From Flectonema sp. DT1601 (lineage: Eukaryota), in contig OZ025794.1 in the NCBI GenBank assembly GCA_964019425.1, forward strand, positions 806,001 through 870,000: 64,000 bases of DNA, given 5' to 3'. This document shows, piece by piece, positions 34,487 to 45,736 of this stretch; position 1 is the first letter of the stretch, and every line of letters starts with the position of its first letter. Both the position numbers and the translations under genes were made by a program. The notes beneath the pieces were generated by a model. The model was given only the letters and a program-made list of their open reading frames with translations. It had not been told where the DNA came from and made no database searches.

Positions 34487-36673
34487 TTAAAGTTTCAAGG
34501 AATTCATTTTTGAAGAATCTTTATCAATAAAGTGACGAGTGATGGCTGAGAAATATTCCTCCTTGTGATCACATTGAACACTTTGAAGACGAACAATGAC
34601 AGGTGAAGGCATTGGATTTGATCGAAAATAGTTCATCGCAGTCTTCGCAGTTATAAAACATAAAACTCCGCAAGTCCTTCTTGTCACTGAAGGAGAGCGG
34701 TAGTTGGCAAAGTTAGGACGGAAAAGAAGCTCGTTAAAGTACAGGTGCTCTGAAGATACATCAGAAGAGCTGTCACTCAACAATGACAGCATTCTAGTAG
34801 CGAATAGTTTACTTTGTACAGTCGGATTTAAGAATACGAAACCAGGATCTCTTGAAACAATTCGATACCCATGACAGTATCTTGACCATCCCATCTTTGG
34901 ATCATCAACAATATGATCATAACCTGCAGCACTTCTAATGTCCCATCCGTCAGATGCAACTTCAACATCACTATCTCTGTATAAATACTCCATCGGGTTC
35001 TTTAATACAATCGTATCATCAGAAATAATCAACACATGTTTTCCCATCGCTAATGAGTCTTCAATAGACTTCCACTTTCCTTTAATACTGTCGACTACTT
35101 TAATAATATGTTCTGGATAATGTTTTAGTGCTCCTCTTGTTGCAATAAGTAACGACTTATCACACGTTGAATCTTTGAATATAATTACAGATAAATCAAC
35201 AACGGGATCAGCATAGGTTTTATTTATCCAATGTAAGTCTGGAAGTGAAGGTGAGGAGGTACCAATTTGGTGTGGTTGTGACTGATCACCAGGTTTACAA
35301 CCAGAAAGAAGAAATTTAGTACTTTTGTGATGGTCGTCGCTGTTTGTGTATGATGATGTAACTTGATCTTCGTGGGGCTTTTCTAATTCTGAAACAGTTT
35401 GAACTTCACTGTCACACCCACACACATTATCACTACCACAGTAACACTTATCTAGTGCATCAGGATTCCTTTTATTATAAAGACTATCAGCTTGTTTCAT
35501 CTTAACAGGTTTATCTGTGTGATAATTCGCATGTAAAGATATCGGTCCGTGGTTATCCGCAGCAGTCATTTTCTCCTTCGATCCGTATCCGAACTTTAAA
35601 AGATAAGGACGAATTATCCTCATTAGAACTTTACTATTCATAAAACAATAAGGGCTCAATACTCTCACTGATACAGGTGCTGCTGTTCTGTCTTCATAGG
35701 AGGGTGATAGTAGCTCAGTAAAAAAAGCTTCTTGATCCCAAGTCGACTCTGTTTGCATTCTGAATGATAAGATACTCAAAAAGTAATCAGACGATTCTGT
35801 CGCAGCAACATACCAAAGACCGCTATTTAGTGCCTGAATACGAAGTGATTTGGGCCAGTAGTGATCAGGTTTTGAGAGTCTTACGTCGGTTATCGTGTCG
35901 TTAAATGAGAACGAGGATTCGATGTCCCAACCATCTGACATGCTTTCAATATCTGTATCACCTCCCAAATATGAGAAAGGATTTGAAAAATAGACCACAT
36001 CCGTGTCACTTAGTAATACAGATACTCCCAGTTGAATTATTTTACGAATTATTCCAAACTTTTTCGCGCTTACTTTATGATTGCCGGTTGCGTTATCGAA
36101 AGATTCCCAATAAGAAACATTCCACTTATCTAACATGTGAGTTACTTTGTTGTCAAGGGCTGCGACTAGTAAGTTTTGTATCTTTTTCTCTTTTATATTA
36201 GTGATGAATTCTGACAGACCAGGGGCAGCTGAATTCGCAACAGCTACTAGAACTTGTCGATTTATAGCAGTTTTCTTTAAGACTTTACAAAGAGATTGAT
36301 AACCCTCTTTGATACAGTAGTCAGGATTGGGCCAGTTCTCTGATTCTAAGTTTACAATATATTTGAGTGGTCTGTTTGGGCTTTCAGAGCATGAGGTTCT
36401 ACCTGCACATATCGGACAACTAGGAGGGATAGTCAGAGGATTTATTAATCCTTTCAGAACACCATCAAATACTTTTGGAGTAGTTGTTGTAACTACTTCT
36501 AATTCTTCTGAGTAAGAAGGTTTCGCTGTTGATTTGTTCTCTACTATAAGAGTGCCTTCAGTAGGCGTTTCACGAGGTTTTTCCCTTCCCGACATCAATG
36601 TTTCAATGATGAATATAAATAACAGTAACCATGATATTGTCTTTATTATTTCTATCATTTGAGTGCGTCGCAT
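34487..36673 (-). CDS. Type II membrane nucleotide-diphospho-sugar transferase (GT77, RRA arabinosyltransferase-like) with tandem catalytic domains
   Basis: N-terminal TM helix; VSAKKF.II..I.LGVSVLLSDTDVVY..NPF..L..D.DIESMSDGWD; NSGLWY; WDQ; HANYH.DK; second copy LYRDSDVEVASDGWD..GYDHIVDDPKMGWSRY. Confidence 0.85.
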   Translation of the reverse strand: MRRTQMIEIIKTISWLLLFIFIIETLMSGREKPRETPTEGTLIVENKSTAKPSYSEELEVVTTTTPKVFDGVLKGLINPLTIPPSCPICAGRTSCSESPNRPLKYIVNLESENWPNPDYCIKEGYQSLCKVLKKTAINRQVLVAVANSAAPGLSEFITNIKEKKIQNLLVAALDNKVTHMLDKWNVSYWESFDNATGNHKVSAKKFGIIRKIIQLGVSVLLSDTDVVYFSNPFSYLGGDTDIESMSDGWDIESSFSFNDTITDVRLSKPDHYWPKSLRIQALNSGLWYVAATESSDYFLSILSFRMQTESTWDQEAFFTELLSPSYEDRTAAPVSVRVLSPYCFMNSKVLMRIIRPYLLKFGYGSKEKMTAADNHGPISLHANYHTDKPVKMKQADSLYNKRNPDALDKCYCGSDNVCGCDSEVQTVSELEKPHEDQVTSSYTNSDDHHKSTKFLLSGCKPGDQSQPHQIGTSSPSLPDLHWINKTYADPVVDLSVIIFKDSTCDKSLLIATRGALKHYPEHIIKVVDSIKGKWKSIEDSLAMGKHVLIISDDTIVLKNPMEYLYRDSDVEVASDGWDIRSAAGYDHIVDDPKMGWSRYCHGYRIVSRDPGFVFLNPTVQSKLFATRMLSLLSDSSSDVSSEHLYFNELLFRPNFANYRSPSVTRRTCGVLCFITAKTAMNYFRSNPMPSPVIVRLQSVQCDHKEEYFSAITRHFIDKDSSKMNSLKL

Positions 36674-36944
36674 GTGTTCACAAACTATATATTAAAGATT
36701 CATAAAATACATTTTGACTCCTGCGGGAAAAGAATAAAAAACTATAAAATCACGTTGATCGATAAGAGGTACAGTTAGAGCAGCCCAAAAATAACGGGAG
36801 AGCGGAATAAAAACTGAAATTGCTTCCATTACGGTCAGCTGCCTTCAGATTATTCAACCGTACTTGAAATTTAGAGAGAGGGAGTAAAGCCGCCGCTAAT
36901 AACGCATTTCATGTCACTTTGACATAGTGAAAGGGAAAATAACA

Positions 36945-37360
36945 GGCATGAAGCCAGGTGTGAAAATCACAACAGAGAGGAAAGTGGTCTCATCTTCATG
37001 AGAGAAATCATTTGAATGTGGCCGGTCGCAGAAGGTCTTAAAAAGTCCTGAGAACCATGCAGCCGTCGAAGAAAAAAGAAGCTACGTTGCTATAAATAAA
37101 CAATAAAGCACACGCATTCACAGTACTGAGTAGGCAAAAATAAAAAGCTGTACCTCTACTGGGAAGGAACCCAACGGCATGAAGCCAAAACGGGCACTAA
37201 CCAGCAGTAGTCTAGAAAATTAGATTCCACCGTATAATTATTTTGTTAAGGGAAAAAAAGGTATTTTACATTTGAAAGAACAGTTCTCGTGGGCATCACG
37301 AAGCTAAAATAAATATATAGAGTACAACTACTACCTTTTAGAATCTGCGGCATGAAGCCA
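36945..37360 (-). repeat. Three exact copies of 12-mer TGGCTTCATGCC (sense) at 36945-36956, 37176-37187, 37349-37360
   Basis: GGCATGAAGCCA read directly three times on the plus strand downstream of the HMG-CoA synthase stop. Confidence 0.9.
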
Positions 37361-37425
37361 ATTCAAGAACAAAGAAAAATAAGACATCACACTCACGAAG
37401 ACAGTTGCTTATGAGTAGTTACTTC

Positions 37426-38931
37426 CTACATCTTTGCAGCATATTTGTAGTATTCGATACCGAGATCTTGGAAAGCAGGTTCTACCCTATCTCCTATTCT
37501 GTCGATATAAAATTCATTAGTAGCCGTGTAAGGCGGATAAGCAGAGTCTTTCCGAGTGTCGTGGATGGATTCGTATTCCTCCTTTGAGAGGGTAACAGAC
37601 TGGTTTAGGGTTTCGTGAGTGTTTATTTTGAGAGCAGCCTCCTTCCAGGAAGGAACAACAGTCATAGGGATTGATTCTGATGCATCACCAGATCCATATC
37701 CGATAGCAACAATATTCTTATTAGAGAGGTCAAGGTTTCTGGATGCTGCATCTTCTAGACCTACTGCAAGCCATGCTGGTAGGGATGCTGAATAAAGATT
37801 TCCAAATTGCGCGACATTTTCTTGTCCAAGACTCATTTTGGTTGCGAGTAATTCTTTGAAAACCGCATCACCTCTCAACACCTTCGCAACCTTTCCAGTT
37901 AACTTGTGCATCACTGGAGGAGCTCCAGTCTCTGCAATCACTGGGAACGGGTCTACTTTTGAGTCTTGTTCTATCTCTCTTTCTAACTCCTCTATAGAAA
38001 CACCAGCCTTTTCACATAATTCCAACAAGTGATCTCTTCTATTTTGACCCCTTACTAACCCTCTGACATACAATACAGACATTGCTTGGATTGGCATCAT
38101 TTTGTACGGGCGATGAAAGAATATTGCAGACAGGTCATCGAAGTAACTTCCAGCACCACCAGAAATATTTAAAGCATTTAACATATCCTCGACAGAGTGA
38201 ATAGTTGTGTCAGTGTAGACTGTAGTTGAGTATGGACCTGAAAATACTGGGAAGTCAGATAATCGAGGTGTTGAAGTCGCCCACTTATCACTGAAGTGAC
38301 GAGCAATGGGTTTTCTAAAATCTGGTCCCCTGTAGGAAGCAGACTTACCAGCGTGTTGATAGTGGACGTCAATCATGGAAGGGTTCTGTTCGACAATCAT
38401 TGCGACTGCTCCTGCACCTTGTGTTGGTTCTCCAGTACTACCTCTCTCATATTCAGCAATGTCTGAAGCTACTACAATGGCAAGTTTCTTTGACGGATCA
38501 GTGTCTACAAATCTACAGGCGTTCTTTAAAGCATAGATACCACCAAGACAGGCGTGTTTAAACTCTGGTACTTCAACATTACGTGAGATTGGTGACTTTC
38601 CTAATTTCACAAGAGCATCGTCGAGCATCCCCTTCACGATTACTGCTCCAGCGCTGTTATCTGTCGAGGACTCAGTTCCGAGTCCTAAGAAACCAATGTC
38701 GTTGCCATTTATATCATAAGTTTCAATTAGTTTTAACACGGCGCTTGCTGCCATCGTGTAAGCATTTTCATTATTTCCGGGGACTCTGAAACTACTTCCA
38801 ATGACATTTTCAATTTTGTCATAATTATTTCCAGTCCAGGAACACCAATCTTCTAAGTCTACCCTGAATGGTGGAATGTGGACTGCCATTCCAGAGATTC
38901 CTGCAAGCCGAGCAGTGTTGCGTCTCATCAT
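37426..38931 (-). CDS. HMGS: 3-hydroxy-3-methylglutaryl-CoA synthase, probably mitochondrial
   Basis: GTES (Glu), EFKHACLGG (Cys), SDIAEY..GEPTQGAGAVA, DFRKP, FHRPY (His), GNLYSAS, GYGSG; short Arg-rich presequence MMRRNTARLA. Confidence 0.92.
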   Translation of the reverse strand: MMRRNTARLAGISGMAVHIPPFRVDLEDWCSWTGNNYDKIENVIGSSFRVPGNNENAYTMAASAVLKLIETYDINGNDIGFLGLGTESSTDNSAGAVIVKGMLDDALVKLGKSPISRNVEVPEFKHACLGGIYALKNACRFVDTDPSKKLAIVVASDIAEYERGSTGEPTQGAGAVAMIVEQNPSMIDVHYQHAGKSASYRGPDFRKPIARHFSDKWATSTPRLSDFPVFSGPYSTTVYTDTTIHSVEDMLNALNISGGAGSYFDDLSAIFFHRPYKMMPIQAMSVLYVRGLVRGQNRRDHLLELCEKAGVSIEELEREIEQDSKVDPFPVIAETGAPPVMHKLTGKVAKVLRGDAVFKELLATKMSLGQENVAQFGNLYSASLPAWLAVGLEDAASRNLDLSNKNIVAIGYGSGDASESIPMTVVPSWKEAALKINTHETLNQSVTLSKEEYESIHDTRKDSAYPPYTATNEFYIDRIGDRVEPAFQDLGIEYYKYAAKM

Positions 38932-40183
38932 TTCCCCCCCTTTTTTTTTTTTTTTTTTTAAATAAACGGAAAACTCCGAAAGATTAGAGCTGTTTGAAAA
39001 AGATTACCAAAACTGTGACTATTATTTAACTGTAGTACTTTTATACTCTCTTACAATCAAATTACCCCTCCCTCCTGTTTTGGAATATAGATTATTGTCG
39101 TTCTCTTTTATAGGGCTATTTTCACTAATCACCTTTTTTTTTTTTTTTTTTTTCCCTTCCCTCATCATTTGCTTGGTTGCATAACCAGTAAACTACTAAA
39201 AGTTCATCTCCTCCCCCCCAATAGAACAACACCGTATTCGTGGGCAGCATTGGGAGGAAGGAATAAAAACTGTTTTTGGATGAATTTTTGACGTCTTCGT
39301 CCACACTGACGAGAGTCAGAGAATTGGGGAACAACAACAAAAAAAAAATAAAAGAAGAAGAAGAAGAAGAAGAAGAAAAACAAGAAATTTCCCTCCGCAA
39401 TAACATGGGAATAAGAAATCCTTACCACAGCTTAACTTAAAAAACTTATTAAGAATCAAAATAAAAAATAAAAAATTTAATAATTTAAAAAAAAAAAACA
39501 ACAATGAACATGTATTCATTGCTTAATTCGTTCAGATATAAATGACTCTTCTCTTTTTACAAGAAGATACAATAATCTGTCAAACGGTTAACTGCCGAGC
39601 GTATCTATAATGATATGGTATCAAAGTAAATTAACTTAAACATCAGTAATTTATGTGACAGTTGACCTAAAGGTAATGTTAGTATCCGTTGGTAAACACT
39701 CCGCATTATTATCAATATTTTTTTCAGTTATGACCAAGTTCGTTAACTGCTTGAATATACATGATTCCCGGGAAACCAAACACCAGGAATACAGGCAGAG
39801 TTTAGATTTTGAATAACTATTTACTTTTTTTATAAAAAAAAGGGGGTGAAACTTTGACAATGTAAAAAACAGTAACAACTTTAGGTATTAAAAACAAACA
39901 TTAATATCAAATCTTTGACTGAAAAATATTTGTAGTTGTTAATCAAAGAAAATTACGTTAGAAAAAAGTAAAAAAAAAAAAAGGGGGGAAAATGTGTGGT
40001 TTCAGTGACAAATATGATTGAAAAGAGAATTTGCAACGAGATTGAAGCGTGGCAAAAGAAATAATGCTAGATTAATCTTATTTTCTCTCTCTCTCTTTTT
40101 TTTTTTTTTTTTTTTTCTTTTTTTTTTTTCTCCTTTTTCTTATCTCTATTAACTTTTTTTTCTTCCTTTTTTTTTTCTTTTTT

Positions 40184-42189
40184 CTATTCTACTTTAATTG
40201 ACCCATATATCTTTCTGATAAAAGCATATGACGCTACGAACCCTATCGTACCTACCATCAAGTTCAATGTGATAGCAGTAACAACACTGAACGAGAAGAA
40301 GACTGTCGATCCAGTCCAAGACCTTACATTCAACATAGAGTAGTAGAATTGAATGGAATTAATAAAGTAATATAATCCTACTCCCGATGGAACGAAGAAT
40401 GATTTCCACCACCATCTGTAATCCTCAAAGACCAGTTGATAGTAAATGTAGGTCACAACAGTTAAGGCAACAGTCACTAATACAACAACAAATACCAATG
40501 CGAGAAATCCAAAGACGTAGTATACTTGTCCCTGTTGTTATTGTTGTTGTTTTCTTTTTAAAAAGTTATTTACCAATGAGACAACAATAGAATAATACAT
40601 ACCTGCCACACAGCACGTGTGATAAGACGAAGTTCCAGTGCAGCAGCACCGAATGGAATGACTCCAGGAAGCTGTTTTATTTATTAATTTCGTTTCTTAA
40701 AAACCGATTAAGTGTTAAGTAACAAATATCATACCAAAAGTGTAGAAAGTTTACTAAACATCCATCTCTGAGGAGGAATATCACGAGGGATGTCGTTGTG
40801 TCGAAGTGGCTGACTAATTGCAGAACATCTAAAAGCGAAGGAAGCTCCGAGTATCACCTGCGGTATGGAAAGACCAAACCAGATTGCAATAATAGTTAAA
40901 ACAGTTGTGAATGGTACGGTCGTAGCTGCTCCTCTCCATGAAAGCATACACTCACATGATCCCCAAAGCAGAAATACAAATCCAGGGAACAGGATTCCAG
41001 AGTAGAAGATAGCCTTCCAGGATTTTACAAAAAACATGTTTTGCAGAGTTGCGGAAATGAAACCATTCAGAAACGACATCAAGACGAATAGAAATATTGA
41101 AGTTGATAACAAGGCTCCTCTAAACGCTGGTGAAACAAACCCGAGCATAGCAGCAGTTAGAACTGTGATTGATAATCCAATAAGTTGAGAACCAGTTCCA
41201 ATAACTCCAGCGAATAAAACTGGTCTTGAAGGAGGACGGAATACTTCAGAGTGAACTAATTTCCAACCAACTTCTTCTTGAAGTTCCTCATCATTATCTG
41301 GGTTGTTGTAACGGTTGAAGTCCAAGTGAAGAGTTCTCATAATAATAATAACAACAACACCACTGAGACATAATAAGATAAGCATTGACTTTGTAATCTC
41401 AATCCAATGAGCTGATGCATTGGAATCAGCTTCACTTGTGCTTAGGTAGTAGTCCCATCGAGTTACCCATTTTCTGTCTGGTTTTTCAATCCAAGTCACT
41501 GAGTATGTCCATGGTACAGTTATTCCTTCTTTTTCAGATTTTGTTCTTGTGAATAATTTCGATCCACCGCACTCTTTCGTGAATGATTCCGGAGTTACCT
41601 CAAAACCAACAATAACAACACCAGTATCAACCTTGTGGTATTGAACCTCAAAGTTAAGATGATTATTAAGGAAAGCATTATTATCAACACATCCACCAAT
41701 AGCAACTCCTCTAACTTCAGGTGTTACTCTTTCTGCTTTTCTGTTTCCACAGAAACTCTTTGAGGCTTCAGCACGAGCTTTTTCTGATGCAATTACCGGA
41801 AGGTTATCAAGAACCATATTCGCTCTGTATCCTCTTCTGATGAATCCATCAAACTTTTGAAGAGCTTCATCTCCAAGAGTTGCGTCTTTCTCTGAACAAC
41901 TCAATACCTTACATGTTTCATTCTTAAGTACAATAAAAGTGTATGGTGAATCTTCTATGTGATCACCTCTTAGCATCATACCTAAATTCTCATTAATCTC
42001 TGCTTTATTTTCTAACTGACAGTATTGAAGATCGTAGTACTTAAATGGAATGATAGCATCCACAGATGTCAATGAATTCACAAGGGAATTAATTTGTGTT
42101 CCCTCTTCTAACTTTTGCATTGCTCCTGTCAAGTAGTAAGCATTGCTTACACCCAACAGGGATACCAAGAGCAAGAAAACTTGCATCAT
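40184..42189 (-). CDS. TM9SF: Transmembrane 9 superfamily (EMP70/TM9SF2/4-like); exons 40735-42189, 40603-40671, 40184-40531; 623 aa
   Basis: ENLG..LRGD, DNLP, NNHL, RWD.YL, GWKLVH.EVFRPP, EDYRWWW.SF, KIYGSIKVE; two introns give LPGVIPFG...VWQ|GQVYYVFGFL. Confidence 0.95.
40532..40602 (-). other. Spliceosomal intron, 71 nt
   Basis: GTATGT...AAAAAGAAAACAACAACAATAACAACAG; restores conserved TM9SF sequence. Confidence 0.92.
40672..40734 (-). other. Spliceosomal intron, 63 nt
   Basis: GTATGA...AAGAAACGAAATTAATAAATAAAACAG; restores conserved TM9SF sequence. Confidence 0.92.
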
Positions 42190-43276
42190 TATTCTGTAAA
42201 GCTGCAGGTGGAATTAAAATGGGTAATATGTTTTAATTGTCACATTCCAAACACGACAGTTGTTGTATGTCAAAGTATAGTTGTGATTGACCTCTTTTTC
42301 CGTGTTGTCATTCAGTGGGGTATTAAGTCCGTAATTCAGAAATTCATAACTTAGTAACTCGGCTGCTCAGCAACCGTCACGAGGGGTGACATCTTCCTTT
42401 GGTTTCTTGTTATTTTATTTTTTTTTTTTTTCTCGCTGTTTCTTTCTGTTTTTTCATTTTTTTTTTTTTTTTGCATCACTCGGAGAAAAAGAAAATTGGG
42501 GGAAAGAAAAAAATATCGTACTTGCATGTTCCTGATAAAGATATTCCGTGCGCCAAAGTATTCCACTACTGAACATAATAGTTTATTGTAGGGTTGCCTG
42601 AGCCAAGATTAAACCCGTTAAAGTGAGGAACAATCTTATCCCTATCCCGTTAAGACTATCTTTTTAATATGTGTGAACCTTACGCATTCAGCACAAGTAC
42701 TGTTCCTTTCATGGGAGGGGTCTTTCCCTTGTCTCAGAAACGAGTAACAGCGAGCGTGCGCCGTTACCATCACCAGCAAAGTACTAATTGGGAGTAGAAA
42801 ATGGAGAGAAGCTTGCCCATCAGTCGTCCCCAGGTATGAGGAAATTCAACTGTTTAAAGTGCGAACGCGGGGGAAAAAAAAAAAAAAAAAAACGCAACAA
42901 ACATTCTCTCATCACCCGTATAAAAGTTGCACGGTGCGGGCAAGAACAATCAAACAAGATCGCTTGATGTTTCTGCTTTTTGTTTTTTTATACACCACTA
43001 CCAGGTATGAATTGAAATTAGAGAAAAACTTACACCTGCTGCAGATAATCTTTAGGGATATAAAAGAAAAGGAACCTTATTGCACTACAAATGGATCGAC
43101 TTGCAAGAATAAGAGAATGGTTTTTTTAAAAAAAAAGAAAAAAGAAATCATACAAATTGATACGACGAGCCGTGAATCCCGTCGCTACACATGTAAAAAA
43201 AAAAAATATATGAACGAACGATTTCTCTCCTTCAAAAGAATGGAGACAAGAAAAATGGAAGATGGGTGATGCTAAA

Positions 43277-45523
43277 CTATTGGTTTTTCTTCACACCGTC
43301 AGCTGGTCTGACACTAGGTTTTCTTCCTAAAATCTTTGATCTCTGTGCAAGCATATGACTGTATAATCCTGATAGACCAATCAAGTAGACGGTGATAAGA
43401 GTTGGTAGACCTCCACAGTACTTGTAGAAGGCCTGAATGTAGTAAAGACTGTTACTGGAGGTCGAAGCTGGAGCGGTAGTAGCAGCATGGTTAAGACAAC
43501 CAATCTCACCAATAACACCCATTGGGTACAATACAATAAATAATGTGTAACGTAACCAAGTTAAGACCTTATTGTTTGTAGGAAGTCCATAATATGAGTA
43601 ACGAATAACTTCAGTTAATGACCAAGCAAACAACATCATACGAATCCAGACGTTGTCTGAGGCAAACTGAGCCTTTGAATCATTCACGACAGCTACTAAT
43701 GCAACTCTTGAGAATAATTGAAGTGCGGTAGTCGCTACACCAGTTCTAACAAATCCAATAATCGCGTGAACGATTTCAAGAGCTGCCAGGTACTGAAAGA
43801 AGGTAACCGTTCCTCCAATCTTGTCCCAAAGACCAACTCCAGTTCCTTCAATCTCGTGATTGACTAATCCAAGTAGAGCCTTACCCCATCCGAATACTTG
43901 AGTAAAGTTGTAACCCATCATGTAAGGGAATACAACTGCTGTTAAGAAGCAGTAAGCGAGAGCAGCTGGGATACCAATGTTTCCAAACTTGTATCCACAA
44001 CGCCATGCTCCTCCGTGGAATGAGTTTTCAGCGAAGAGGCACATTGGGTTGTCAAGTTTTCTAGTTGGGCTAGCAGCTGAAGTGACGTCATTTAAGTCAG
44101 TAATCATAAGACCAGTCATTACTGCAGTTGATGTCTCCTGTTGGAATACTTCAACAGGTTTAAAGTGATGCATTCCCTTGTAAGCGAGAGCGAAAGCTCT
44201 GTTGCTAACAACAGACTTTGTTGCTGTTGACGGGGCGATGTTGGTGCTGACGATGCATCCATCACGACGGGCAAGAATAGCTCTCCAGTGCTGAAGACGC
44301 TTTGCAAGGATGTAATTTGGTCCCTGGTCAGGAACAATAGCATCACAGACAGAAATCTCAGTACCTTCAACAGGTCTCGAGAAGTTTCTTGTCATTCTCT
44401 TACCAGTTACTGACAACAAAGTAGCGGCAAGTGATTGCCACATTGGCTGTCTGTTGAAGTTCTGTCTTGAGTGCTCCATCGCAGTGTTTGGAACAACGTG
44501 ACAATCAGTTGGAGTGCAGAGGTACGCAATGGCAGGCTTCTGTTGTCTCTTCTTTACCAGTTCTTTAATAATAGCGTCCATCGCGACAGATACTTTCACA
44601 AAGAGTGGACCATCCAAGTAGGCGTATGCTCCAAGAACGAGTCTTTCCTTTGGAGCGATTTCAAGAAGCCAAGTTCTGATTTCCGGAGTGTTGGTTAAAA
44701 GGTTGCATCCAGCAATGGCTGCGAGCTCGTCGTCAGACTTACCAGCAGGGGATTCCTTAACTGGGAATACAAGGGTACCAGGTGATGCTCTGGCCTTCTT
44801 GATGAGCATATCCCAGATTGGTTTTCTGTCGAGGTCGAGAGCAACAACAGTCGCACCCAAAGCCATAAGAAGTGGGAAAGGTCCCATAGCTGAAGCAGCA
44901 CCAAACAATACGAAATGCTGACCAGTTAGATCAACCCAGTCAGGGTTGTCTAAAACTTTCTGTAGGGAAGACCCACAGGAAGCTTCAATCACTCCGGAGC
45001 GAACCCAGTCTTCAATCTTCTGACGAAGTTCATTTCCCTTCAAGTCCTTGCCGTGGTATGGAACAGAGTACTTGGCTGGGGTACCAGTTCCCTTTAAGGT
45101 TGCAGTCTTAAAGAGTGGAGATGTGTACTTGTCCATTGCTGATGATAAACTGATCTCATCACCTCCCTCTTCTCTGATATAAACCATTTGATCATGAAGG
45201 TACTTCTCACCATTTTCAGCAATCTGGTAGGCGGATTTTTCACTCTTTACCGCAGCCTTGACCTGGTTAACGACATGTTTGGCATATGAGAATCTCCATC
45301 CTCTGGCCTTCTCGACGCTGTTGTGATTTGTTTGTTGTTCGTAGGTAAATACAACACAATATTGTTAAAACTAAAATAACACATACGCCGCGTGAGCATC
45401 GCTGTCAACACCCTTAACAGCAGCAGCAAAGGTTCCCTGATTAACAACAGTTGTTGGTCTTTCACCCTTTGAGTCTTTTGGGAACTCAATTCCGAGTGGA
45501 GGGCGTGGTGGTGGACGGGACAT
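43277..45523 (-). CDS. Fusion: ~500-aa uncharacterised Rossmann-like domain + C-terminal very-long-chain 3-hydroxyacyl-CoA dehydratase (HACD/PTPLA/Phs1); exons 45387-45523 and 43277-45317; 725 aa
   Basis: HACD motifs YN..Q..GW, Q..A.LEI.H...G.V, Q..SR, AWSLTEVIRYSYY, WLRYTLFIVLYPMGVIGE, HML.QR.K.L and a KKxx end. N-part FVLFGAASAMGP...VVALD. Confidence 0.85.
45318..45386 (-). other. Spliceosomal intron, 69 nt
   Basis: GTATGT...CGAACAACAAACAAATCACAACAG; joins DAHAA to VEKARGWRF in frame. Confidence 0.88.
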
Positions 45524-45736
45524 TTTTTTTTTGTTGTTTTTGATGCAGGCTGTGAATGATGACGACAATTTAATGTTTTTTTTAACCCTTAAGTTATCTG
45601 CATCCTCACCAACAACAACATTGAAAATTCGATAGTTTTCTTAATTCTGTGAGAATTGCAAAAAAAAATAATTTTAGTTAATGGAAGCGAACTATTTTCC
45701 CTATCATTATCTTAATAAGAAATTAAATAATAACGC

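Noticed and set aside
36945..37360. CRISPR-like reading of the three 12-mers
   Set aside because: Repeat too short, spacers long and unequal, eukaryotic context, no cas genes.
38940..40183. Long poly(A)/poly(T) and (GAA)n tracts as retroelement tails
   Set aside because: They occur in most intergenic regions in both orientations, with no TSDs or RT/transposase remnants.
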